Positions 36,321 through 45,669 of a stretch of DNA of 64,000 bases are shown piece by piece. Every line of letters begins with the position of its first letter. Within the stretch, counting starts at the first letter, position 1. The notes under the pieces are model-generated. The model worked only from the letters and a program-made list of their open reading frames with translations. It was not told where the DNA came from and searched no databases. The stretch is from an uncultured Candidatus Sumerlaeota bacterium (GTDB taxonomy: Bacteria; CAYMEV01), in assembly GCA_964389675.1 (NCBI GenBank), contig CAYMEV010000004.1, positions 62,001-126,000 of the forward strand, given 5' to 3'. Both the position numbers and the translations under genes were made by a program.

Positions 36321-37563
36321 TGTCCTGTACCCGCCTGCTGTCAATATAGAAAAGAAATGCAAGCCCTATGAAATAATACATAAGGAATCTTACCTTGGGA
36401 TCAAAAAAAACAGGTTCGAACAGCCCTGAGACCATTGTAAAGACCAGGCAGGACATCACACCAAGAATAAAGGGATGGTATAAATGATCCCGGATTGACC
36501 CGGATGCAGCTGCAAGAACCCAGAGAGTAGCTCCAATAAATAGCAGGTAGCTCACAAGGCCTGGAATTCCTGCAGAAACAAGCATATTAAGGTAGTTTGA
36601 TGATATCCTCGTATAGTTTTTTGAAGCACTTAAATCCCAGTCAGGGTCATGATATACTATTGCCAGGGTCTCGAATCCTATTCCTGTAACAGGATATTCC
36701 CCTGCTATTTTTATAGAATCCCCGTACATATCTATTCTGTCTTTGTTCACGATAAACCTTGATGAGGCTCTATCCCTGGGGAACATTATGCTAAGGACAA
36801 GGTCCCCTATCTCACTCTTTGGATTCTGTAGGGCTATGCCTAAAAGAAGAAAGACCACGGACAGAAATACAGGGAGAGTCCATTTTGCTTTAAGGTAAAA
36901 GAGAAGGACCAGGCCAAAAACGAGTCCTATGAGAGCACTTCGGGTATAGGTAAAGAACAGGGCAGCCATGTTCAGGACAAGAACCGTCCATATGGCCAGG
37001 GAGGCTTTCCTGCATTTAACCCTCGCATCAATCAGATATGCTGACAGGACCAGTATTGATATTGACAGGATCCCTGCAAGGGTCTGGTAGTCCCCGAAAA
37101 AACCAGTTACCCTTTCCATGCCTGATAATTTTTGAAATATGGCATATACTGATGATAATGCTGTACCTGAAAAGAATGTATAAAGTATAAGCAAAAAGCT
37201 TTCCCTGTCAAACCTGGAATTGCAGACGATAAAAACGATGATAAGGTGCACGATTATATCTCTGCCCTCCAGTGCAGACCTGAAATCAATCGCAAATACT
37301 ATGGAGATGATCGCAGAAAAAGCAAAAAGGGCAAAAAAACCTGTATATGGATAAGGCGGCAGTTCAGCCCTTCTGTTTCTAACAAGGCTGATAATATATA
37401 TCAGCAGCAGGATATAATAAAACCCCTGTGCCGCTGTATATGATGATGTCAGCGCCAGCGTAAAAAGGATCCAGATAAACAGCGGGAACTTAAAAATGCC
37501 TGTAGCCTTCAGGTTCAACAGGATACCTCTTATCTCCTTTAATACAGTATAATTTGCTTTCAT
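36310..37563 (-). CDS. O-antigen ligase/Wzy family membrane protein (start uncertain)
   Basis: About 12 TM segments; RVTGFF, TYTRSA, R...P.TGIG and N.YL...G..GL patterns. The called start overlaps thiL by 74 nt. Confidence 0.8.
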   Translation of the reverse strand: MKANYTVLKEIRGILLNLKATGIFKFPLFIWILFTLALTSSYTAAQGFYYILLLIYIISLVRNRRAELPPYPYTGFFALFAFSAIISIVFAIDFRSALEGRDIIVHLIIVFIVCNSRFDRESFLLILYTFFSGTALSSVYAIFQKLSGMERVTGFFGDYQTLAGILSISILVLSAYLIDARVKCRKASLAIWTVLVLNMAALFFTYTRSALIGLVFGLVLLFYLKAKWTLPVFLSVVFLLLGIALQNPKSEIGDLVLSIMFPRDRASSRFIVNKDRIDMYGDSIKIAGEYPVTGIGFETLAIVYHDPDWDLSASKNYTRISSNYLNMLVSAGIPGLVSYLLFIGATLWVLAAASGSIRDHLYHPFILGVMSCLVFTMVSGLFEPVFFDPKVRFLMYYFIGLAFLFYIDSRRVQDTTS

Positions 37564-38467
37564 CGCCGGTAATACTGCCTATATAATAAAATTCATGCCT
37601 GCATCCCTTCTTCTCATCTTGAAGTGTGAAATTGCTTCTGCTGTGCACGGAGGTTGTAAAGATAAGCTCATAATCCTCTCCTCCGTATAATGCATATTCC
37701 ACGGGATCATGCTTAAGAAACCTGCAATTTACTATTTCTTCTGAAACTGGTATCAGATCCCGGTATATCTCTGCACCTACCTTTGAATCCGATAAAATGT
37801 GATAAAGGTCTGCCACCATCCCGTCACTTATATCTATCATTGAAGAAGGTATTGATTGACCTGCCAGGAGCAAAGCCTCATTTACCCTTGCCTTTGGCTT
37901 TTTATGCTTCATCTGGAGCATGCCTTCCCTTTTACCGGATAAAAGAAGCTCCAGCCCGGCACCTGAATCACCTATCCTGCCGGTCAGGTATATACTGTCT
38001 CCTGGCCTGGCTGCTGACCTGGTTATAAATCCGTGGACTGCATCCCCTATAATGGTCACCGATATTACTATGCCTTTGGGGCTTCTGCTTATATCCCCTC
38101 CTATAAGAACGATATCATATTCATCGGATGCTTGCTTCATCCCTTCAATAATACCGTATATTTCTTTATCCCTGATATCATCTGGAATGCAGAAGCCAAA
38201 AAGGATATACCTGGGTTTCCCTCCCATTGCGGCAATATCCGATACATTGACAGCTATTGATTTATACCCTATCTCCTCCGGCAGGGTATATTCCTTCCTG
38301 AAATGCACATCCTCAACGAAAAGGTCTTTTGAAACAAGCAAATTGCCTTTATTTGATAATACAGCTGAATCATCACCTATACCCAGGGCTATGCCTGTAT
38401 TCGATTTCCCTCTGTTAATAATCCTGTCTATGTCTTTAATAAGATCGAACTCATGCAGCCCGGGCAT
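37490..38467 (-). CDS. thiL: Thiamine-monophosphate kinase
   Basis: EFDLI, GIGDDSA, VNVSDIAAMGG, IGGD, IDISDG, GGEDYEL and GYRHF motifs. Confidence 0.96.
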   Translation of the reverse strand: MPGLHEFDLIKDIDRIINRGKSNTGIALGIGDDSAVLSNKGNLLVSKDLFVEDVHFRKEYTLPEEIGYKSIAVNVSDIAAMGGKPRYILFGFCIPDDIRDKEIYGIIEGMKQASDEYDIVLIGGDISRSPKGIVISVTIIGDAVHGFITRSAARPGDSIYLTGRIGDSGAGLELLLSGKREGMLQMKHKKPKARVNEALLLAGQSIPSSMIDISDGMVADLYHILSDSKVGAEIYRDLIPVSEEIVNCRFLKHDPVEYALYGGEDYELIFTTSVHSRSNFTLQDEKKGCRHEFYYIGSITGDESKLYCIKGDKRYPVEPEGYRHF

Positions 38468-38591
38468 TTTTTACTCCTTATCAGGCCTTTGATTCTTAAA
38501 TAGATAACTGCATTTTGTAATTTTTGCAAAAGATTTATTTTCTGTAAAAACAATATTGACAATGGACATCCTGTGTGCTGAAATACAGGTC

Positions 38592-39515
38592 ATGATAAGA
38601 ATCTCAGCCGCCTTATCCATAGTATTACTTATTTTCCTGTACGCGCCTGTACTTTCATCTGAGACAATGTTTTACGAGACTGTGGATATAAAGAGCATAG
38701 TAATAGCAGCAAATGTCTTTGATGATGACGGGTATCCGCTTCTATACCTTAAGAAAAGGGATTTCAGGCTGTTTGAGAATGGAATTGAACAGGAGATAGA
38801 CTTTTTTGTAAGAAATGACAGAAGCCCGATACAGATCATCTTTATGCTTGATTCAAGCGGGAGCATGGGCCTTGGTGATAAGATGAGATTCTCCAAAAGG
38901 GCAATAGAGACAGCTGTAAGCCTTCTGAGGAAGGGTGATACATATGAGCTTTATACCTTCACCCAGAAAAATATTATCAGGAACATAAGCAGGACAGGTA
39001 ATAAGAATAAATTGGATGAGGCATTAAGCGCTGTAGAGCCATGGGGAAAGACAGCCATATTTGATTCAATATCCCAGCTTACAGATATAATAGCAATGGA
39101 TGAGGAATCAGGCAAGATTGCAATCGTGCTGTTCACAGACGGCATCGACAACTCATCGACCCTTGACAAGAATGATGTACTTAACCGGTTCAGGGCTGTT
39201 GCAGTCCCCATGTACATTATAGCATTTGATACATTTGCATCAAAAAGGTCATCCCAGCATTTTGTGGATGCAGGATTATCCACAAAGATACTTGAATACT
39301 TTTCATCCCAGACAGGGGGCTCAGCCTGCATACTCGAAGATCCTGTAAAGGCCCCCGGCGTTATAGTAAGCATCTATAAGACAATAAGGAACCAGTATCT
39401 GATAGGTTATACCTCAAAATACAATTTTAAAAATGGCGAATATGTCAAAATTAACTTGATTGTTAAGAAAAAAGATACTAAGATTAGAACCAGAAAAGGA
39501 TTTATTTACAAATAA
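38592..39515 (+). CDS. Exported VWA-domain protein
   Basis: Signal peptide; DFRLFENG.EQ.I; MIDAS residues DSSGS, T and TDG; QYLIGY; R.RKG. Confidence 0.85.
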   Translation: MIRISAALSIVLLIFLYAPVLSSETMFYETVDIKSIVIAANVFDDDGYPLLYLKKRDFRLFENGIEQEIDFFVRNDRSPIQIIFMLDSSGSMGLGDKMRFSKRAIETAVSLLRKGDTYELYTFTQKNIIRNISRTGNKNKLDEALSAVEPWGKTAIFDSISQLTDIIAMDEESGKIAIVLFTDGIDNSSTLDKNDVLNRFRAVAVPMYIIAFDTFASKRSSQHFVDAGLSTKILEYFSSQTGGSACILEDPVKAPGVIVSIYKTIRNQYLIGYTSKYNFKNGEYVKINLIVKKKDTKIRTRKGFIYK

Positions 39516-39537
39516 ATATAAAAAACAGGAGGTTTTT

Positions 39538-40149
39538 ATGAAAAATTACAGGTTATTTTTTCTTGTAGTTGCCACAGTTGCATTATTAACATTCTTCACC
39601 GGCTGCGCTACAAAAAGCTATGTCGAGAAAGAAGTCGCCGCTTTGGATCAGGAGATCCAGAACTTAAAGACATCAGTTGAGGAAAATCAGACTGAGATCA
39701 CTGAGACAAAGAATGATCTGGGCACAGTAAAACAGGATACAGAGAAGCTGAAAGTCGATACTCATAAGGCTGTCATACTTGCAAAAGGAAAGCTCCTCTA
39801 TACTGTCACGCTTTCAAGCGACCAGACAAAGTTCAAGCTTGGCAAGGCAGATCTTTCCGATGAGGCAAAGGCTGTGATCGATGACCTTTTCAACAGGCTT
39901 GTAAGGGACAATGAGAATGTATATATCGAGATCGAGGGCCATACATGCAATATAGGCTCTGCAAAACGCAATTATGAGCTTGGAATGATGAGGGCAGGTG
40001 CAGTTAAAAATTATGTTATAGAACACTATAATATCCCCCTTCATAAAATCAGCTGCATAAGCTATGGATTTGACAAGCCTGTTGCAGACAACAGCACCGA
40101 GGCAGGAAGAGAACAGAACAGGAGAGTTGTAATTAAGGTCCTGCAGTAA
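39538..40149 (+). CDS. OmpA/Pal-family lipoprotein with a coiled coil
   Basis: GGAGG RBS, lipobox FTG-C, IEGHT, N..LG..RA..V, SYG..KP and NRRV motifs. Confidence 0.9.
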   Translation: MKNYRLFFLVVATVALLTFFTGCATKSYVEKEVAALDQEIQNLKTSVEENQTEITETKNDLGTVKQDTEKLKVDTHKAVILAKGKLLYTVTLSSDQTKFKLGKADLSDEAKAVIDDLFNRLVRDNENVYIEIEGHTCNIGSAKRNYELGMMRAGAVKNYVIEHYNIPLHKISCISYGFDKPVADNSTEAGREQNRRVVIKVLQ

Positions 40150-40172
40150 AACAATATAATTAGGAGATTAAA

Positions 40173-40781
40173 ATGGATATTCAAAAAGCCTTTACTATTC
40201 TTTTTGAAGACAAGGACTGGCTGAAAAAGACTCTTTTCGGCGGTTTATTCGGGTTTTTGTCCATGTTCCTTATAGGGATCCCATTCCTTATGGGGTATAT
40301 GCTCAGAGCCATAAAGAACGGCAGGACAGGTGAATTCATACCGTTGCCTGACTGGGATGACCTGGGAGCCATATTCAAGGAAGGCCTGATGCTTACAGTT
40401 GTATTCATCGTTTATGGCTTTATAGCCATGATAGTATCTACAATAATAGGCATGATCCCTTGCCTTGGATGCATCATATCTCCCCTTATCTATATCGCCC
40501 TCGGGATGATGGTTCCCTATATAGTGCTTAAATACGCAGATACACAGCAGTTTGGTGATTGCTTCAACTTTACTGAGATCTATAACCATATTTCCAGAAA
40601 CATCACAAACCTGCTGATCTATATCCTCATTGTCTTTGCCATGTCGATAATATCATCTATAATAGGTACTATTCTTCTGATTATAGGTGTCTTCTTCACA
40701 AATTTCTGGGTGCTTGTCGGAAATGCATACCTGATACTGGAAGTTGAAAAACAGGATAAAGCACAGCAGACAACTGAATAA
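40173..40781 (+). CDS. DUF4013-like membrane protein
   Basis: D.DWL.K...G, GY and LPDWDD motifs; about 4-5 TM segments. Confidence 0.75.
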   Translation: MDIQKAFTILFEDKDWLKKTLFGGLFGFLSMFLIGIPFLMGYMLRAIKNGRTGEFIPLPDWDDLGAIFKEGLMLTVVFIVYGFIAMIVSTIIGMIPCLGCIISPLIYIALGMMVPYIVLKYADTQQFGDCFNFTEIYNHISRNITNLLIYILIVFAMSIISSIIGTILLIIGVFFTNFWVLVGNAYLILEVEKQDKAQQTTE

Positions 40782-41268
40782 TATATCAGAAGCAGGGAAA
40801 GGCATCCGCCTTTCCCTGCTATTAAAACCCCTTGCCTGGATTGATTACCTGTTAAACAATAAACTGGATCTTGTGCTGTTTCTGATTTTATTCTTATGGC
40901 TTCTGCCGATCTTCATATATCCCTTTCTGAATATAAAGGCAATCCATTATTTTCACAGCTATACATGCCATCAGAACCCTGCCAGGTCATTCTGGCTTTA
41001 CGGCAATCCTCTTCCTGTGTGCGCAAGATGCACAGGTGTCTATCTGGGATGCATGGCTGCCTCTTTTCTTGTATTTATATTTGATATCAGGAAGCCTCTT
41101 GGTATACGGTACTTTCTATTATCCCTGATTATCATCTTCGGAGAAATGGCTGCAGAAAATTTTATTGATCCGGGAAGCTGGGGAAATACCCTGAGGTCTG
41201 CAACAGGTGTTCTGGCAGGCTCCTCTTTCTTTTTCTTCTTTTCTCCAACCGTAAAGCGGAAGAAATGA
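40744..41268 (+). CDS. DUF2085-like membrane protein (true start probably downstream, e.g. GTG 40873)
   Basis: CHQNPARSF, PVCARCTGVY and N.LR..TG motifs. Confidence 0.75.
   Translation: MKNRIKHSRQLNNISEAGKGIRLSLLLKPLAWIDYLLNNKLDLVLFLILFLWLLPIFIYPFLNIKAIHYFHSYTCHQNPARSFWLYGNPLPVCARCTGVYLGCMAASFLVFIFDIRKPLGIRYFLLSLIIIFGEMAAENFIDPGSWGNTLRSATGVLAGSSFFFFFSPTVKRKK
40791..40820 (+). terminator. Strong hairpin, probable terminator or attenuator
   Basis: Perfect 13-bp arms AGCAGGGAAAGGC-ATCC-GCCTTTCCCTGCT, 9 nt after the stop; weak U tract. Confidence 0.6.
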
Positions 41269-41344
41269 ATTTTTTATTGTATTCAACGCTTTTTTTGCTA
41301 TCATTATACTGTTCCAGAGAATTAAATTAAGGAGGTTATATTTT

Positions 41345-41845
41345 ATGGGAACAAAAGGAAGAGAGCTTATTAAAGGCGATATAAATGAGATAATCGGCCT
41401 GCTTAACAAGGCATTCTGTGATGAATGGCTTGCATATTACCAGTACTGGGTAGGCGCACAGATTGTCAAAGGCCCGATGAAAGAGGCTGCAATCGCTGAG
41501 CTGACGGAGCATGCCGCAGATGAGCTCAGGCATGCTGAGATGGTTTCCCAGAGGATCCTTCAATTAGGCGGCACACCGGTGATCAAGCCTGAAGAATGGT
41601 ATAAATATACAAACTGCGGTTATGATGCTCCATCAGACCCATTTGTAAAAAAGATCATTGAGCAGAATATAAAGGGCGAGCAATGCGCAATCACCGTATA
41701 CAACAAGCTTGCAGAATACACCAGGGATAAGGATATAATTACCTACAACACTGTCCTGTCCATACTTCAGGATGAGGTAGAGCATGAAGAAGACCTTCAG
41801 GCTCTTATTGAAGACTTCGAAGATATGATAAGGTACAGGTCCTGA
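41345..41845 (+). CDS. DPS-like (DPSL) ferritin-family protein
   Basis: DEWLAYYQYW, E..HA, RI.QLGG.P, a Cys pair (NCGY...EQCAI) and DEVEHEEDL. Confidence 0.88.
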   Translation: MGTKGRELIKGDINEIIGLLNKAFCDEWLAYYQYWVGAQIVKGPMKEAAIAELTEHAADELRHAEMVSQRILQLGGTPVIKPEEWYKYTNCGYDAPSDPFVKKIIEQNIKGEQCAITVYNKLAEYTRDKDIITYNTVLSILQDEVEHEEDLQALIEDFEDMIRYRS

Positions 41846-41942
41846 GGCTTAAAATTTTGAAACTTTTGCCCCGGCCTGCTGTATTTATCTGATGCAGAAA
41901 AGATTAAAAAGAGCTTATATGTTAATTTAAGGGGGCTGTTAA

Positions 41943-42632
41943 ATGATTTTTGATCCTTTATACATTGTTCTCATCCTACCTGCAATCCTGCTTTCGCTTT
42001 ATGCTCAGTTCAGGGTGAAGTCAGCATATGGCAAATATTCAAAGATTGCTGTATCAAGAGGCATGACGGGGAGCGAGGTGGCCTATCAGATGCTTTCTTC
42101 AAGCGGAGTCAATGATGTTGATATTGAAATGCACCAGGGATTTCTCTCGGACCACTATGACCCTTCAAAAAAGGTGCTCAGGCTTTCTCCCGGGGTATTT
42201 AAGGGAAACAGCATTGCATCCGCAGGCATAGCCGCACATGAAGCCGGCCATGCCATTCAGCACAATGAGGGCTATTTCCCTCTAAAACTAAGGACCATCA
42301 TTGTGCCTGCCGCCTCGATGGGTTCCAAGTTCAGCTGGTTTCTGCTTATGGCAGGCTTCATTTTCAATTCCATGGGGCTTATAAAAATAGGGATACTGTT
42401 CTTTGCCACCGTTGTTTTCTTTCAGCTGGTCACACTGCCTGTTGAATTCAATGCAAGCAGCAGGGCACTGGCTGCCCTTAAACAGCAGGGCATTTTAAAC
42501 CAGACGGAAATAGAGGGCACAGCAAAGGTGTTGAATGCAGCTGCTCTCACATATGTTGCTGCAGCAACCATGGCTTTGCTTCAGTTTATATACTTCCTGC
42601 TGAGGGCAGGATTATTGGGAAGAAGGGATTAG
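41943..42632 (+). CDS. Membrane zinc metallopeptidase (YugP-like)
   Basis: LSDHYDP, AAHEAGHAIQ, TLPVEFNAS and AAALTYVA motifs. Confidence 0.92.
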   Translation: MIFDPLYIVLILPAILLSLYAQFRVKSAYGKYSKIAVSRGMTGSEVAYQMLSSSGVNDVDIEMHQGFLSDHYDPSKKVLRLSPGVFKGNSIASAGIAAHEAGHAIQHNEGYFPLKLRTIIVPAASMGSKFSWFLLMAGFIFNSMGLIKIGILFFATVVFFQLVTLPVEFNASSRALAALKQQGILNQTEIEGTAKVLNAAALTYVAAATMALLQFIYFLLRAGLLGRRD

Positions 42633-42650
42633 CGACCCGCCAATCCCTTC
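42622..42650. terminator. Hairpin between convergent genes
   Basis: GAAGGGATT-AGCG-ACC-CGCC-AATCCCTTC, followed by ATTTTATT. Confidence 0.55.
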
Positions 42651-42653
42651 ATT

Positions 42654-44210
42654 TTATTCCTCAAGCTGAAATACACTGTCAATAAGCGTCCCGTCAACCC
42701 ATTTTATGACAGCTACCACCCTGTCTGTAGTCCTGGGCTTCTGAGGGCTGCCTCCGCATATTTCATCCACTTCAGCCTTAATTTCTTCAATAGGCCTTAT
42801 TGGCAGGCCGGAATTTTTTGTTTTCTCAATCAGGTCTTTTCTCCTCGGGTTTATAGAGATCCCTCTCTCTGTCACTATAACATCAATAAGCTCACCCGGG
42901 CCTGTCACAGTCGTTACCTTGTCCGTAATAATAGGTATCCTGTCCCTGAAGGACGGTATTGCAAGTATTGCAGTTTTTGAAAAAAGACAGTTCTGCCAGC
43001 CTCCTATGCCGTGCAGCAGCCTTCCATCAGAATGCGAGACCACATTTGCATTAAACTCGACATCCACCTCGGTTGCCCCAAGAACGACCGCATCAACAAG
43101 ATATGCAAAGTTTCCCTTTCCATGGTAATTATAGCTTGTAAACGGACTTGTATTCACATGCCTTGGATTTTCCCTCATCGAACGCACACCTTCAAGGTCA
43201 AAGGTCTGGCCGTCAAGTATATAATCAGTCATCCCCTCTTCAAGCATCTCTACGAGGTACTTATTGCTTCCCCCCCTTATGAACCTTGCTTTAATGCCTT
43301 CCTCTTTCATCAGTTCCTTAAGATACATTGCAAATGCAAGGCTTATCCCGCCGGCACCAGCCTGAAAGCTGAAGCCTTCCCTCATTATACCTGCCTCTTT
43401 TACAAAAAGAGCTATCATCTCTGATATAAGGTGCTGGTCAGGGCTTTTGGTTATCCTGGTTGTCCCTGAAACGATCTTTGACGGCTCGCCAACCTTATCC
43501 ACAACTACTACATGATCGACATAATTCCCCTGTACCTGCCATGGTACGCATGGAAACTCTACAAGGTTATCTGTGACGACTATGACATTATCTGCATATT
43601 GAGAATCTGCCAGTGCAAATCCCAGCAGCCCGCAGGCAGAAGGGCCGTCCACACCGTTCGCATTTCCGAAGCAGTCTGCCGCAGGAGCTGCAATAACCGC
43701 AATATCAATATGGACATCTCCATCCTGGACTGCCTGATATCTTCCTCCATGGCTCCTTAAAATACCTGTTCCCTTCATCTTGCCCCTGGTGGCGAAATCA
43801 CCCAGAGGCCCGTTCATACTCCCTTCTATATGGTGTATTACCCCGCTTTCAAGATGCTTTATCATAGGTTCATGGCAGGGAAAGGAAGCTGATGGAAACC
43901 AGACAAGGTCCTTTACTCCAAGCTCCGCGGCTATGTCAAAGATCTGGTTGGCTATGATATCTCCATTTCTGAAATGGTGGTGTGTAGAGATGGTCATTCC
44001 ATCCCTGAGCCTGCATTTCAGGAGAGCGTCCTTAAGAGAGTTCAGCACCTTGTTCCCATCCTTGGGATAGTGGGCGCATGACGCAATCCTGGGGGATGCT
44101 TTTCTGCCGTCGGTAATATAGCCGTCAACCCCCATATAGGGGATCTGCTCCTTATTATTTACAATTTTCGGGACATATCTCCCCAATGCGTTTTTTATCA
44201 TATTATCCAT
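42654..44210 (-). CDS. citF: Citrate lyase alpha subunit-like CoA/ACP transferase
   Basis: DGMTISTHHHFRNGD, RSHGGR, FSFQAGAGG, LGATEVDVEFNANV, GIGG and VIKWVDGTLID motifs. Start set at ATG 44210 from RBS spacing. Confidence 0.9.
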   Translation of the reverse strand: MDNMIKNALGRYVPKIVNNKEQIPYMGVDGYITDGRKASPRIASCAHYPKDGNKVLNSLKDALLKCRLRDGMTISTHHHFRNGDIIANQIFDIAAELGVKDLVWFPSASFPCHEPMIKHLESGVIHHIEGSMNGPLGDFATRGKMKGTGILRSHGGRYQAVQDGDVHIDIAVIAAPAADCFGNANGVDGPSACGLLGFALADSQYADNVIVVTDNLVEFPCVPWQVQGNYVDHVVVVDKVGEPSKIVSGTTRITKSPDQHLISEMIALFVKEAGIMREGFSFQAGAGGISLAFAMYLKELMKEEGIKARFIRGGSNKYLVEMLEEGMTDYILDGQTFDLEGVRSMRENPRHVNTSPFTSYNYHGKGNFAYLVDAVVLGATEVDVEFNANVVSHSDGRLLHGIGGWQNCLFSKTAILAIPSFRDRIPIITDKVTTVTGPGELIDVIVTERGISINPRRKDLIEKTKNSGLPIRPIEEIKAEVDEICGGSPQKPRTTDRVVAVIKWVDGTLIDSVFQLEE

Positions 44211-45426
44211 TCTGTTCATCTCCTTTTTCCCAGTCATTTTTGAGTATTCCATTTGCAATGGCAAGGTTTATAACCCTCAAAGCCCTTTTTACAACCGGTG
44301 GATCTATCATCTTTGTCCCGAGGGATACAACGCCCAGGCCCATGCTTTCCGCCCTCTTGAATGCAAGGAATATGGCTTTTGCCTTCTCTATTTCAGATTC
44401 AGTGGGTAAAAATGCACTGTGTATGATCTTTATCTGCCTGGGGTGTATACAGCCTTTGCCCTCAAATCCCATCTTCTTTGCCATATGGACGCTCTTTCTC
44501 AGCCCTTCAGGATCAGAGACATCTGAATATACTGTATCAATTGCCTGAAGGCCTGCAGCCTTGGCAGCATTTAAGACAAATGACAGTGCAAACATGCTCT
44601 CCAGCTGGTCATCAGACCTTTCAGTGCCTATATCCTTTGTATAGTCCTCAAGCCCTATGGCAAGCGCGACGTTATTTTCCGAGGCTCCGGCAATTTCATT
44701 GGAGTTCATGACGCCCCTGGCACTTTCAATGATTGGCATAAGGAAGATCTGTCTGTCAATACCCTTTTTCCTCTTTATCATATTAATTTTTTCATCAACA
44801 GCTATTACATCATCCCGGCTCTCTGCCTTTGGTATTAAAACCAGATGCAAATTATGGGGCACGATGTATTCCAGGTCTGTAAGCCCCATTTCGCCCTGGT
44901 TTATCCTCACCATCCTCTCAGCTCCCATAAAATTTACCATCCTCAATGCATTCCGCACAAGAAAGCGTGCATCATGCTTTTTCTCCACAGATACACTGTC
45001 CTCCAGGTCAAGGATAATTCCATCAGGCTTATGAAGGCCGGCATTCACCATTATTTTGGGCTGGTCCCCGGGGAGATAGAGCCTGGATCTCCTAAACCTG
45101 TCCCTCCTGGTTTCATAGCAGCAATATTCTTTGATCTGAGGCAGAAAGTCCTTATCTGTGTCACGGAGCTTTTTTACAGCCGCCTCAAGCCTTGCCATAA
45201 TGACAAATGGCAACGCGCCACTGTCAATAATATCAATACGTGCATTATCAATACCGTAAAATTCAGCCCCTCTTTTGATGAGTGCCGTAATGCTCTCCCC
45301 GTACAGGGATTTTACCTTGCTTTCCAGATTGATATCAAGCCCTGAAGAGGTGGTCTCTTCAATCCTTATATAGATATCTGACCTGATGCTGGGGCCATGA
45401 TTGCCAGCTTCAGAGAAATTGCCCAT
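44203..45426 (-). CDS. CitD (acyl-carrier)-like domain fused to a CitE citryl-CoA lyase-like domain
   Basis: First ~90 aa follow AG...SD...S.V...YG..I...DSGAL....ARLEAA (CitD pattern). The rest has RRSRLYLPG, LDLEDSV, VRIN, IPK, IES, GLEDY, GKGCIHPRQ and MIDPP. Confidence 0.88.
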   Translation of the reverse strand: MGNFSEAGNHGPSIRSDIYIRIEETTSSGLDINLESKVKSLYGESITALIKRGAEFYGIDNARIDIIDSGALPFVIMARLEAAVKKLRDTDKDFLPQIKEYCCYETRRDRFRRSRLYLPGDQPKIMVNAGLHKPDGIILDLEDSVSVEKKHDARFLVRNALRMVNFMGAERMVRINQGEMGLTDLEYIVPHNLHLVLIPKAESRDDVIAVDEKINMIKRKKGIDRQIFLMPIIESARGVMNSNEIAGASENNVALAIGLEDYTKDIGTERSDDQLESMFALSFVLNAAKAAGLQAIDTVYSDVSDPEGLRKSVHMAKKMGFEGKGCIHPRQIKIIHSAFLPTESEIEKAKAIFLAFKRAESMGLGVVSLGTKMIDPPVVKRALRVINLAIANGILKNDWEKGDEQNG

Positions 45427-45669
45427 CTATTTCCTCCTATATAATATTTTAATATTCTTATATTGCTTCCGAAAAATAATCTGATCTCTATTTCATAACA
45501 ATAATAATATAAAAATACAACATTTTTTAAATTCCTGTTTATCAATCTTAAGTTTTACCCTTTGCGATGATTCATTTTATCATCAGTTAAAAATTTATTT
45601 ACTATATCGCTTCTTTATTTTATAATTAGACGCTTTTAGTAATAAATCTTCTTAAATAAGGAGCATCAG

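Noticed and set aside
39276..39284. Perfect DnaA box TTATCCACA
   Set aside because: Single copy inside a coding sequence, with no cluster or adjacent AT-rich unwinding element.
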